From IMG/VR virus record IMGVR_UViG_3300037502_002145, positions 51,872-115,871 of that record: a stretch of 64,000 nucleotides of DNA; one strand, 5' to 3'. Position numbers and translations under genes: made by a program. The notes beneath the pieces were generated by a model that was not told where the DNA came from, searched no databases, and saw only the letters and a program-made list of their open reading frames with translations. Below are positions 31,365 through 41,607 of the stretch, piece by piece. This stretch comes from a virus. How positions within the stretch are numbered: the first letter of the stretch is position 1; each line of letters begins with the position of its first letter.

Positions 31365-31560
31365 ATATTCCCATGCCGAAAGGTGAGAACTTAATACATA
31401 ATGAAACGAAATTTAAATGTTACTCACCAAAGCTTGAAATATAGCAGGCTGCTTAATAGCAGACATTTCAGTCAACCTCTAATAATGTAAATTATATAGT
31501 AGGTCGACAATCCTAGTAATTAAAATATTACTTAGATATTTATTGTTAATCTTAAACAGA
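31365..31560 (+). ncRNA. putative tracrRNA of the Cas12f system
   Basis: TTGTTC-16-TATAAT promoter (31331-31358); anti-repeat TATTGTTAATCTTAAAC at 31541-31557; ATTCCCAT (31367) can pair with the repeat 3' end; GGTGAG/CTCACC stem. Confidence 0.7.
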
Positions 31561-31648
31561 AAAAATTATCTTAAAATAAGTCAAAAGTAATAGGTCGACA
31601 ATCGAGACTGTGAAACACATTATAAATTCTTGATATTTTGAGTATCGG

Positions 31649-31875
31649 GTTTAAGGATAAACAATGTTGTAATGTGAATCATTCCGAATTGGTATAACGT
31701 TAGACGAATACAACGTTTAAGATAAATAATATTGTAATGTGAATGAGTCTGGGGCTGAAAACGCTAGCACAAGTAGTTTAGGTTTAAGATGAACAATATT
31801 GTAATGTGAATCTCTATTCAGTGCTAAGTATACTAGAACTAATCCGTTTAATATAAATAATATCTTAAGTTGAAT
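31649..31875 (+). CRISPR. mini CRISPR array, 4 repeats (~30 nt, GTTTAAGATAAACAATATTGTAATGTGAAT) and 3 spacers
   Basis: Repeats 31649-31679, 31715-31744, 31782-31811, degenerate 31846-31875; spacers of 35, 37 and 34 nt. Confidence 0.9.
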
Positions 31876-31921
31876 AAATATAACAATAATATATATAACA
31901 AATAGTAAAAGGAGAATGTAA

Positions 31922-33202
31922 ATGTCAGATAGATTAACCATATGTAGAAAAATAAAACTTTATCCAGTAGGAGATAAAGAAGAAATAAATAGGACATACA
32001 AATTTATAAGAGATGGTCAGTATTATCAATATAAAGGTTTAAATTTATTAATGGGGCAATTAGTAAGTAAGTTCTATGAGTGTGGAATGGATCTAAAAAG
32101 TCAAATATTTAAAGATTGGCAAAATGTTAATTTATGTAATACAAATCAGTTTTTAGATTTAGATTTTGCAAAAGGAGTTGACACTAAATCTTTAATAAAG
32201 CAAAAAGTAAAACAAGATTTTTCAACAGCTATAAAGAATGGATTAATGAAAGGTGAAAGAAATCCACCTACATACAAAAGAGATTTTCCATTATTGACAA
32301 GAGGAAGAGATTTGAAATTTTATCATGAATATGAAGATTATCCAGAATTTTTAAGTAATTTACGTAAGAATAATGATGTTGTATTTATTAAGTGGGTCAA
32401 TGGTATTGTATTTAAAGTGGTGTTAGGCAATCCTAAAAAATCACAAGAGTTAAGAAGTGTGATTCAACAGATATTTGAAGAAAATTACAAAGTTCAAGGA
32501 AGTACGATAGAAGTGAATGATAAGGAAATAATATTAAACTTATCAATATCAATACCAAAGAAAACAATAGAACTTAATGAAGATACATCTATTGGAGTAG
32601 ACTTAGGAATCGCAGTACCGGCTGTGTGTGCCGTTAATAACAATGATTATAAAAAGTGTTTTATAGGCTCTAAAGATGACTTTTTAAGAGTTAGAACACA
32701 ATTGCAAAATCAAAGGAAAAGACTTCAAAGATCACTAAAATCAACTTCTGGTGGACATGGAAGAAGTAAAAAATTATCTTCGTTGGATAATTTAAAAGAT
32801 AGAGAATCAAATTTTGTTCAAACTTACAATCATTATGTTAGTAAGCAAGTAGTGGATTTTGCAATTAAAAATAAAGCTAAATATATTAACATGGAAGATT
32901 TGAGTGGTTTTGATTCAAGTGAGTTTATATTGAGGAATTGGAGCTATTATCAATTACAACAATATATAACATATAAAGCAGATAAATATGGAATAGAAGT
33001 TAGATACATTAATCCATATCATACATCTCAAATATGCTCTTGCTGTGGACACTGGGAAGAAGGACAGAGAATTAATCAGTCAACATTTGTTTGTAAGTCT
33101 TGTGGTTATTCTGTTAATGCAGATTTTAATGCTGCAAGAAATATAGCAAAGTCAGATAAATATATTTCTAAGAAAGGAAGTGGTTCAGTTGCAAAAGAAT
33201 AA
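31922..33202 (+). CDS. cas12f: type V-F CRISPR effector Cas12f1 (426 aa)
   Basis: RKIKL, NGLMKGER..TYKRDFPLLTRGRDLKF, GVDLG, GGHGR, INMEDL, LRNWSYYQLQ, CxxC..CxxC, NADFNAARNIA; closely resembles clostridial Cas12f1 as recalled; adjacent array and anti-repeat. Confidence 0.85.
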   Translation: MSDRLTICRKIKLYPVGDKEEINRTYKFIRDGQYYQYKGLNLLMGQLVSKFYECGMDLKSQIFKDWQNVNLCNTNQFLDLDFAKGVDTKSLIKQKVKQDFSTAIKNGLMKGERNPPTYKRDFPLLTRGRDLKFYHEYEDYPEFLSNLRKNNDVVFIKWVNGIVFKVVLGNPKKSQELRSVIQQIFEENYKVQGSTIEVNDKEIILNLSISIPKKTIELNEDTSIGVDLGIAVPAVCAVNNNDYKKCFIGSKDDFLRVRTQLQNQRKRLQRSLKSTSGGHGRSKKLSSLDNLKDRESNFVQTYNHYVSKQVVDFAIKNKAKYINMEDLSGFDSSEFILRNWSYYQLQQYITYKADKYGIEVRYINPYHTSQICSCCGHWEEGQRINQSTFVCKSCGYSVNADFNAARNIAKSDKYISKKGSGSVAKE

Positions 33203-33257
33203 TTGATTAAATCAATGATACTAATATAACACAATAACAAATAAAAAGGAGATAGTT

Positions 33258-34629
33258 ATGGATAATAATGACGAATATTTAAAGAAACTAAATAACATGA
33301 TTAAAATGTCGGTAGAAGACGTAATGGCATTAAACAATTTATTAACAGGTGTTAAGCAGGGTACAAATAAAGTTGATAACGTAGTTAGAATTAATGGTAA
33401 CAACTTTACAGATTACGATAAGGCTATTCAGTACATAAACAACTTGAAAAACAAAGATTCATCCTATACTTGGTATGAATACAATGTACAGAAATTTGGT
33501 ATAGGATATGCAATTCTTAAGTGGTGTCAATCTAATGATAAGTATTACAATGAAAGAATGCTTAATTTAGCAATCAGTGAATACTCAGATAATATCAGTA
33601 AAAACGAAGGCGATTTTGCAAAACAAGTTTTAGAAATTTACAACAAAATTCTATCATTACCACAGTACAGAGGAAAAAGATTTGAAGGATTAACTAGATA
33701 AAATGAGAATTATATTCAGAAAAGGAGAATTGAATGAGTACTAGAATGATATTTATTGAAGAAGAATTAGCTGGTAAGTTAGAAATAATTAACGATGTTG
33801 TAAAGATCAACAACGATGATATTAATAAAATCATTAAGAGATTGGCAGATGATACTACGCTAATGAGTGAGTGTTTGGATGAAAATGTTTTAAGGTTTAA
33901 ACTTCATGCTCAACAGACAAGGGATGCTTATAAAAAAGTAGTAGAAGAAATTGAAAAGATGATTATAGAAGAATTTAGAAAACATCCTATGGTCGATGAA
34001 GTTAATTATATAGAAATTCCAAATCCAAGTGTGCGAGGAAAATATTCAACAAGACTGGATATAGATGAAACACTTGATGATATAAATTCAATTAGAGAAA
34101 AGGTCAAACATTATGTAAACAATGAAGTATTTAGAGCACTTGTTGAGGTTGGAGAAAGATATATGAGTAAAAAATAACGAACATAAAAATTGATTCTGTG
34201 CTGAGAAAGGAGATTTAATGAAACAAGAAACATACTTTTGCGACTTATGCCATCAACAGGTAGAAAAAGACAAATTACATATAGGTTATTTTGTAAATAT
34301 ATTAAACAGTGGTTTTGGATTAAAGGATGATGAAAAATATACGGATGAAAAACTTGATCTGTGTGATAAATGTTTAGATTTATGTACTCCGGTGATTAAG
34401 TATGGAGATAAATTTAAGGTGCGAGAATATAACAAAGGTGGATACCTATAAAAACAACATTTTATAGTGAAGGAGAATTTAAATGAATAGAAAATATATT
34501 ATTGAACTTACAGGAATTAATGAAGATTATCAAGATGATGTAGAAGGAAATATAGAAGAACTTTTTAACAATGTCGTAGAATTTTCAGAAGAAATAAAAA
34601 TAACAGATATTACAGAAGATGAAGAGTAG
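33258..34629 (+). other. hypothetical ORFs (33258-33701, 33734-34177, 34218-34451, 34483-34629)
   Basis: RBS-led ORFs, mostly separated by motif-B sites. Confidence 0.6.
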
Positions 34630-34672
34630 TAGATAAATGTAACATTTTATTGGGAAAATAGGAGGTGGCTAT

Positions 34673-35095
34673 ACGAATATTTTAGAGTGTTCTTCAAAAG
34701 GCGATAAGAGATTTTCTGCTTTCTTTGCTTGGATTACATTATACGGCAAGAACGCAAATATAGAAACTCATTATCAAAGTTGTAAAAGATTTAATGATTC
34801 TACAATTGACAAAGTAAAGGGTAAACAACCTGATTACATAGTTATAAACGGAAAAGAGTTAGATAAGAAATACTTAACACCATTTTATAAATTACTTTGG
34901 GTAAAGTATTTAGATATGCATCCAGAATTAGTAGAATACGCAAGTAAGTTTGATGATTTTCATGACGTATTCAAAGGTAAGAATACTATCAATTGCCAAG
35001 CAGACGTAGTTAGACAATATGTTAAGCAAGGTAGAAAAAGCATTATGGACGAAGAACTGGTTAAAGAGTTTATAAGTAAATTAAAGAGTAAATAA
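34673..35095 (+). CDS. phage hypothetical protein, 140 aa, ACG start (missed by the ORF track)
   Basis: GGAGGTG RBS, then (M)NILECSSKGDKRFSAFFAWI...IETHYQSCKRF...NCQADVVRQYVK; no in-frame ATG/GTG/TTG upstream. Confidence 0.65.
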   Translation, partial: TNILECSSKGDKRFSAFFAWITLYGKNANIETHYQSCKRFNDSTIDKVKGKQPDYIVINGKELDKKYLTPFYKLLWVKYLDMHPELVEYASKFDDFHDVFKGKNTINCQADVVRQYVKQGRKSIMDEELVKEFISKLKSK

Positions 35096-35115
35096 TTTCA
35101 GAAAGGATAAAATAA

Positions 35116-35433
35116 ATGTTTAGTCAAGTAATAAAACAGCAAGAAGCTGAAATATCATTGCTAAAAATGGAATTACAAGCGTATAAAGACTCCGAAGAAC
35201 AAGGATTATTAGTTAAACTTCCATGTAGAGCTGGTGATACTATTTACGATATTTATGAATTTATCAATAACAGATGTCAACCTGAAATTATTGAATATAA
35301 GGCAGATACAATTGGAATAAAAAAAGATAAAAGTGGTAGATTATATTTTATTATTGATAGTACTATATTTCACCCAGAAGATTTCGGAAAAACTGCATTT
35401 TTAAATAAAGATGATGTGATAAAAAAATATTAA
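35116..35433 (+). CDS. phage hypothetical protein
   Basis: YKDSEEQGLLVKLPC..GDTIY...FGKTAFL pattern common in Clostridia phages. Confidence 0.65.
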   Translation: MFSQVIKQQEAEISLLKMELQAYKDSEEQGLLVKLPCRAGDTIYDIYEFINNRCQPEIIEYKADTIGIKKDKSGRLYFIIDSTIFHPEDFGKTAFLNKDDVIKKY

Positions 35434-35479
35434 AGTACAAATAAATGAGGCATTTTATTTAGAGAAAGGAGGTGATAAA

Positions 35480-36667
35480 ATTTATAAAACAAAGATAATA
35501 CCAGTTAAATGCGATAAAAATGATTATGAATATCTAAAGGGGTTAAATAAATTATCTGCCGAAGTATGGAATTATTGTGTAAAAATTGATAAAGAATATT
35601 ATGAGCTTAATGGTAAACATATGGATATGAAAACTATGCAATTTGCTGTAAAGGGATGCGTTAAACTACATGCAAAAGGAATAAATCATGTATACAGAAA
35701 ATATTTAACGGCTAGGGATGCTATGTTTAGATCAATTAAAGCAAAACATAAAAACAGCAACAAAGTGAAATTGCCATATAAATGTAAGAGATATTTTAAT
35801 ACTGGATGGGATTACCAAAGCATAATTTGTGATTATAATAAAGGGTTGTTAAAATTGTCAAGACCTGTCGGGATAGCTACAGATGGCAAAAGACAAAGAG
35901 CATCGCCTGTAAAGTGTTATACAAAAGAGATACCGCAAAATGTAGTTGAGATAGAGTTAACATATAAAAATAGATTAAACTTAGTCATAAAATATAAAGA
36001 GCCCGATATTACACGGAACATAGCTTCTGCTAATTCAGCCGCTATTGATTTAGGCGAAATACATAGTGTTGCTTCAATAGATAATAACGGCAATGCAATT
36101 ATCATTACAGGCAGAAAAATAAGAAGCATAAAAAGACTGAGAAATAAGGAGCAAGGAAAACTACGCTCCAAGATGTCAAAATGTAAAAAGTATAGTAAAC
36201 AATATAAGAAATACAATCGTGCTTTATATCATATTAAATACGAGAGTGAAAAGCAGATACTTGATTGTGTTCACAAGATAAGCAAATTATATCTTGATTA
36301 CTGTATAGAAAATCAAATATCTACAGTGTATTATGGTGATTTAGATAATTGCACTAGAAATAGTTCTGAAAGAATCGGAAAGTTTGTTGGTCAAAAGCTT
36401 AACGAGTGGAATTATGGTAAATTAACTTCACAATTGCACAACAAACTAGAACAATACGGAATAAGACTGATTAAAATTAATGAAGCATATAGTTCTCAAA
36501 CATGTCCGAATTGCCACAAAAGACACAAACCAAAAGGGAGGAATTACATATGTGAATGTGGTTATAAACAGCACAGAGATTTAGTTGGAGCAATAAATAT
36601 ATTAAATTTTAATAGCACGACAAAAATAAAACTATATGAAACATTTAAGTATCTACGGATAGAGTAA
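35480..36667 (+). CDS. tnpB: RNA-guided endonuclease TnpB, orphan; probable ATT start
   Basis: In-frame N-terminal extension IYKTKIIPVKC...SAEVWNYC after AGGAGGTG; AIDLGE, NEAYSSQTCPNC, HRDLVGAINI. Confidence 0.85.
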   Translation: MYKTKIIPVKCDKNDYEYLKGLNKLSAEVWNYCVKIDKEYYELNGKHMDMKTMQFAVKGCVKLHAKGINHVYRKYLTARDAMFRSIKAKHKNSNKVKLPYKCKRYFNTGWDYQSIICDYNKGLLKLSRPVGIATDGKRQRASPVKCYTKEIPQNVVEIELTYKNRLNLVIKYKEPDITRNIASANSAAIDLGEIHSVASIDNNGNAIIITGRKIRSIKRLRNKEQGKLRSKMSKCKKYSKQYKKYNRALYHIKYESEKQILDCVHKISKLYLDYCIENQISTVYYGDLDNCTRNSSERIGKFVGQKLNEWNYGKLTSQLHNKLEQYGIRLIKINEAYSSQTCPNCHKRHKPKGRNYICECGYKQHRDLVGAINILNFNSTTKIKLYETFKYLRIE

Positions 36668-36837
36668 TCTGAAGTAGTAGATGGCTAGGTTGGAGTCCTA
36701 AGTAGCTCACTTGCTATGAAAGTGAAGAATTTTCAGTGATGAAAAAGCCAACCAAACGGGCTTTTTATTGCAAGGAAACAAATATAACACGGTAACAATT
36801 AAATTAATATAAATAATACATATTAAAGGAGAATCGA

Positions 36838-37575
36838 ATGGCAGAGATTGATGTTAGAGATTTAAAAAAGAGTGTGTTTAATACCTTATACGAAATTGAT
36901 ACGAGAGAAAGAAGTGTTAAAAAAGACACTGGAAGAACTCAATTAAATTATCTTCCTTGGGCAACTACATATTCGGAGGTTTGTAAGCACTTTAATGACG
37001 TTGAGTATGAATTCTTAACTAATACTGAAACCACCGAGATAAAAACGATCAAAAAAGTTGATGAAAATACCACTATTGAAACGACAAAAAGCATTACTCA
37101 GGAAATTCCTTATACTGTAACAGAAGCAGGTTTAGAGGTAAATACAAAGATTACGATCAATGGCATTACAAAAACTATGAGATTACCAGTTTATGATTCA
37201 TCTTTTAGAAGTATGAAATTAGAACCATATGAATACAAAACAAAAAATGGCGGGGGAACAGTTCCAGCAGCAACAATAGCAGACATTTACAAGTCCATAA
37301 TGCGTTGTTTCGCAAAGAATTTAAGTATGTTTGGAGTGGGCTTGAATTATTGGACAAAAGAAGATGCTCCGGAGTCTGTTCTGCAAATGAACAAACTACA
37401 AGCTGAGTGTATGGAATTAATTAAGAAAAAAGTTGGCATATCTGATAACGCTAAAGCAAAAGTAGAAGAACTTTGTAAGAATGCTGATGAATCTGCAAAC
37501 GGAGATCCAAGATTAATTGAAAACGTAGAAGTATTAGAAACACTTAAAAAGGCATTAATGGCAGTTAGAAAATAG
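36838..37575 (+). CDS. Sak/DUF1071 (Rad52-like) single-strand annealing protein
   Basis: LNYLPWA, VNTKITING.TKTMRLPV, IYKSIMRCFAKNLSMFGVGL; lies upstream of ssb. Confidence 0.75.
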   Translation: MAEIDVRDLKKSVFNTLYEIDTRERSVKKDTGRTQLNYLPWATTYSEVCKHFNDVEYEFLTNTETTEIKTIKKVDENTTIETTKSITQEIPYTVTEAGLEVNTKITINGITKTMRLPVYDSSFRSMKLEPYEYKTKNGGGTVPAATIADIYKSIMRCFAKNLSMFGVGLNYWTKEDAPESVLQMNKLQAECMELIKKKVGISDNAKAKVEELCKNADESANGDPRLIENVEVLETLKKALMAVRK

Positions 37576-37628
37576 ATAATGCAATCAATAACAAAAAAAT
37601 AAAAACAATTAAAAGGAGATTACAAATT

Positions 37629-38069
37629 ATGAACAAAACAATTCTTATCGGAAGATTAACAAGAGATCCAGAAGTAAAATATTCTCAAGGAGCAAATCCA
37701 ACAGCCGTAGCAAAATATTCTTTAGCCGTTGATAGAAAGTTTAAGAAAGATGGAGAACCTGACGCTGACTTTATTAACTGTGTAGCTTTTGGCAAAGCTG
37801 GGGAGTTCGCAGAAAAATACTTGAAACAAGGTACTAAGATTGCAGTCGTAGGCAGAATTCAAACTGGTAGTTATACAAATAAAGACGGTCAAAAAGTATA
37901 CACGACAGACGTAGTTATTGAAGAACAAGAATTTGCTGAAAGTAAATCAAGTGGAGGATCAGGTAACGGAAATAGCAAGAACTCCAGACCAGAACCAAGT
38001 AAGGCTAATGGTGACGGGTTTATGAACATACCATCCTCAATAGACGATGAGGAGCTACCGTTCCAATAG
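37629..38069 (+). CDS. ssb: single-stranded DNA-binding protein
   Basis: MNK.ILIGRLTRDPE, ADFINCVAFGK, acidic ELPF tail. Confidence 0.95.
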   Translation: MNKTILIGRLTRDPEVKYSQGANPTAVAKYSLAVDRKFKKDGEPDADFINCVAFGKAGEFAEKYLKQGTKIAVVGRIQTGSYTNKDGQKVYTTDVVIEEQEFAESKSSGGSGNGNSKNSRPEPSKANGDGFMNIPSSIDDEELPFQ

Positions 38070-38078
38070 GAGGTGTAC

Positions 38079-38675
38079 ATGGGTTACACGCACGGAGTTA
38101 AGTGGACTGAAGAATCAATAATTGACGGTATCCTTGGTGTTAAAAACACCTTGGGTATCGAGTATATGCCCAGTAAGAAAGAAATGGCATCTGTAACGGG
38201 GAATAAAAAACTGTCATGCGCTATGACTAAACATGGTGGTCATATCTATTTTAGGGACTTATTAGGATTAGAAGAAAAAGAAAGTTGTAGTAAGTTAGGT
38301 GATGAAAACGAAATGTATGTAATGGATTTATTAAAAGAAAAAGGATATAAACCTAGAAAGACTCCGCCTAGGCATCCATATGACATTCTAGTAAATGATA
38401 TTGTAAAAATAGACGTTAAATCATCTAATGTGATACCAAGCAGAGTTAAGGGAATAAATGAGTTTACATTTTCTATTAATAATGAATTTCCAAAATGCGA
38501 CTTGTTTGTTTTTATTACAATTTTGGGAGACAATAGGGATCTATACATAATACCAAGTAAATATATAATGCAAAGTCAATTGGCAGTCTGCGAAACAAGT
38601 AAATATCAGAAATACAAAAACAGATTTGATTACATTGAATCATATTTAAAACTTCACAACAAAATTAATAATTAA
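38079..38675 (+). CDS. putative free-standing PD-(D/E)XK (homing) endonuclease
   Basis: N-terminal KWT..MPS..E DNA-binding-like repeat, then PYDILVND.VKIDVKSS. Confidence 0.55.
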   Translation: MGYTHGVKWTEESIIDGILGVKNTLGIEYMPSKKEMASVTGNKKLSCAMTKHGGHIYFRDLLGLEEKESCSKLGDENEMYVMDLLKEKGYKPRKTPPRHPYDILVNDIVKIDVKSSNVIPSRVKGINEFTFSINNEFPKCDLFVFITILGDNRDLYIIPSKYIMQSQLAVCETSKYQKYKNRFDYIESYLKLHNKINN

Positions 38676-38723
38676 GTAGTATATTATCATGTTAATTAAC
38701 TGTGAAGATACCACGGAGGACAT

Positions 38724-39200
38724 ATGAATAAAGAAAAGGAATATGTTTGTGGTTATCGGCATTGTAAACACTGTGGAGTAAAAGTGCCATCTAGTCAAGC
38801 AATAAAAGATGGCACTAGATACTACCACCAAGATTGCCACAAAGAGAAAGAAGAGAAACAAAAAATATGTGACTTGTATTATAAGTGTTACAAGTCAACA
38901 GAAGATTGTCATGTTGTCAGAAAAGCGATAGCTCAACTAATTAATGAACAAAATTTTACTAGTGAGTATGTATTGTACGTACTATGTCAATCTATAATAC
39001 AAAAAATACCTTACAAGAGTATATTCACGCTAAGCTACATAGTTAAAAATGACATGCAAATAAAAAAGAAATATAACGATTTTAAAATTAAAGAAAAAAT
39101 TAAGGATTTTAAATTTGATGATACACAAACTATTAAAAGAGAAGATTTTAATTACAAGAAGAACACGAAGTCTTCATGGGAAGATACTTTATTTGGATAG
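38724..39200 (+). CDS. Zn-finger protein upstream of the helicase (possible loader/initiator)
   Basis: C..RHC.HC...YYH.DC; position in the replication cluster. Confidence 0.45.
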   Translation: MNKEKEYVCGYRHCKHCGVKVPSSQAIKDGTRYYHQDCHKEKEEKQKICDLYYKCYKSTEDCHVVRKAIAQLINEQNFTSEYVLYVLCQSIIQKIPYKSIFTLSYIVKNDMQIKKKYNDFKIKEKIKDFKFDDTQTIKREDFNYKKNTKSSWEDTLFG

Positions 39201-39212
39201 GAGGATAGTTAA

Positions 39213-40559
39213 ATGGATTTACCATATGACGTAAGCGCAGAAAGAGGAATAATTTGTACATTAATCATGTATCCTCAATTTATTTTTGAAGTATCTACTT
39301 TAAAAGATAGTCACTTTTATGATAAGCAAAATGGAGTTTTATATTGGGCAATACAAGAGTTAGTTAACAAAGGCATAATGAAATTTGATGAAAGCAATTT
39401 GTTAATTCAGATAAATACAGATGCAGAAAAATCTAAAGTCATAGGAAAAGACATTGAAGATCAACTTTGTGAATTGGTTGATAATTCAGCTTTACTAGCA
39501 AGGTCTTCTGAGCAAGAGTATAAAGCGTTAGTAAATAGGGTTATTGGATTAGGATTTAAGAGAGAATTATACCAAGAAATTAAGAAAATAGAAAATAAGT
39601 GCTTAACTGACTCAACAAACGATATATCTAAAATAAATGCAGATATAAATAAAACCATTGACGGTTTAGCCGTTAAATACATAACAGGTAACAATATTGT
39701 GAATTTTGGTGATAAGTTAGAAAAATTATGGAATAGGCTGGTAGAGAACAGAAATGGAGACGGAACAGTAGGTTATCCTACGGCGTGGGGGTCTTTGGAT
39801 CAGTTTATTACATATCGCAAAGGTGAATTAACAGTAATTGAAGCTCAGAGAAAGCATGGTAAATCGGTTGTAGGTATGAACGAAACGTTCCATCTGCTTA
39901 AATGTGGGCTTGCCGTAGTTTATTTTGATACGGAAATGAAAGACGATATATTCTTTTCAAGACTGATTTCGCACATGACTGGAATCCCAGAAAAAAACGT
40001 GTTATCAGGTGGATACACAGAAGAAGAAGAAAACGTAATTTTTAATGCTATGAAGTGGATTAAAGATAGACAATTAATTCATGAATATGATCCTTCATGG
40101 ACAAAAGAAAGAGTAATTACGGAATGTAAAATATTAAAAAACCAAGGAAGATTAGATTTCTTTATTTATGACTACATAAAAGATACAAGTGGTAAAACAT
40201 CAATGGGTGAGGTTTACTTGGAATTGGGTCATTGGTGCAATGATATAAAGAACAAAATCTGCGGTGCTTTAGACATACCGGGATTAACTTTTGCACAATT
40301 GAACAGACAAGGGCAAACAGGAGATTCATTTAAAATTGAACAGTATGTAACCACAGGTATTACATGGCGACCAAAAACAGAAGAAGAATTAGCTAGAGAC
40401 GGTAAAGAATGTGGGAATTACTGCATGATTATTAATTTTAATCGTATAGGAGATAGTCATAGTGACGGAGATTACATAGATTTTGTATTTAAAAAACCAA
40501 CATTAACAATTGAAGAAGCTGCTCAACAACATAAACGAGAAAATACACCATTTGAGTAA
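39213..40559 (+). CDS. DnaB-like replicative helicase
   Basis: D..AE..II, AQRKHGKS Walker A, YFDTEM, IYDYIK, FAQLNR. Confidence 0.85.
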   Translation: MDLPYDVSAERGIICTLIMYPQFIFEVSTLKDSHFYDKQNGVLYWAIQELVNKGIMKFDESNLLIQINTDAEKSKVIGKDIEDQLCELVDNSALLARSSEQEYKALVNRVIGLGFKRELYQEIKKIENKCLTDSTNDISKINADINKTIDGLAVKYITGNNIVNFGDKLEKLWNRLVENRNGDGTVGYPTAWGSLDQFITYRKGELTVIEAQRKHGKSVVGMNETFHLLKCGLAVVYFDTEMKDDIFFSRLISHMTGIPEKNVLSGGYTEEEENVIFNAMKWIKDRQLIHEYDPSWTKERVITECKILKNQGRLDFFIYDYIKDTSGKTSMGEVYLELGHWCNDIKNKICGALDIPGLTFAQLNRQGQTGDSFKIEQYVTTGITWRPKTEEELARDGKECGNYCMIINFNRIGDSHSDGDYIDFVFKKPTLTIEEAAQQHKRENTPFE

Positions 40560-40571
40560 GGAGGATTTTGA

Positions 40572-41603
40572 GTGACTTCCAAGGACAAAGTAAAGGAAAT
40601 TCTATTATCAGACAGAAATAATATTGTTTATATACTTGAGGAATTGGGATGTCACAAAATAAATCCTAATTTTTCAAGGTATGAAATAAGGTGCGCTTTA
40701 CCAGATGGAGAAACAAGCACTAGTGTTTCAATAAAACTTGAAAGTTATATTCCTTGTCATGTGTTTTCTCGTGGTGGTTGGGATAATTATGAAACAAAAG
40801 ATTTTATAACACTGGTTCAATTCATTAAAGGAATAAATTTTTACGAGAGCTTAAAGTGGTTGTGCTTAAAATTGCGTGTTGATTATGAAGAAGAAACATA
40901 CACAGAAACGTTAGACATTGTACATGAGTTAAGGAGATTAAAAAGAAAAGAGAATTATAAGAGTGATATCATTCATCATCCTAAACTAGATAAGACAATA
41001 TTAAAACAGTATAAACCATGCATAGTTAAAAAGTGGGTATTAGAAGGTATATCAGAAGAAATACAGCGAAAATACGGGATAAGAAATGATGAAAGAGGTA
41101 TGCGCTGGATTATACCTATTTATGATGAAAATAATAACTTGATAAGTGTAAAAGCTAGGACTTATGCTCCTAATTGGGAAGAGATGGGTATAACGAAATA
41201 CATATATTACTATAAACTTAACGGGAATGACATTCTGTTTGGATTAAATTTTAACAAGCTATCAATAAAGCAACACGACGAAATTATCTTATTCGAGGCA
41301 GAAAAATCTGTTATGGCTGCGGATTCATACGGATACGACTGGTGTGGATCAGTAGGAACTAACGGTATAAATAAACATTTATTGAAGAAGATATTGTCAT
41401 TAAAGTGCTCAAATTGCGTAATAGCATTTGACAAAGACGTGAAGTATCAAGAATCCTTAAAAGAGGCTAGAAAACTAAGCAAATACATGAACGTATACAT
41501 AGTTATTGATAATGAAGATTTATTAAAAGAAAAACAATCTCCTGTAGATGTAGGAAAAGAAATCTGGGAACAACTGTACAGAAATCGGATTAGAGTGAGG
41601 TGA
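40572..41603 (+). CDS. DNA primase (Toprim)
   Basis: IIPIYD...VKART, LFGLN, LFEAEKSV, IAFDKD. Confidence 0.85.
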   Translation: MTSKDKVKEILLSDRNNIVYILEELGCHKINPNFSRYEIRCALPDGETSTSVSIKLESYIPCHVFSRGGWDNYETKDFITLVQFIKGINFYESLKWLCLKLRVDYEEETYTETLDIVHELRRLKRKENYKSDIIHHPKLDKTILKQYKPCIVKKWVLEGISEEIQRKYGIRNDERGMRWIIPIYDENNNLISVKARTYAPNWEEMGITKYIYYYKLNGNDILFGLNFNKLSIKQHDEIILFEAEKSVMAADSYGYDWCGSVGTNGINKHLLKKILSLKCSNCVIAFDKDVKYQESLKEARKLSKYMNVYIVIDNEDLLKEKQSPVDVGKEIWEQLYRNRIRVR

Positions 41604-41607
41604 AAAT

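Noticed and set aside
31922-33202. Plain IS605 TnpB, or nuclease-dead Cas12f regulator
   Set aside because: Adjacent array and anti-repeat support a Cas effector, and D/E/D RuvC residues are all present
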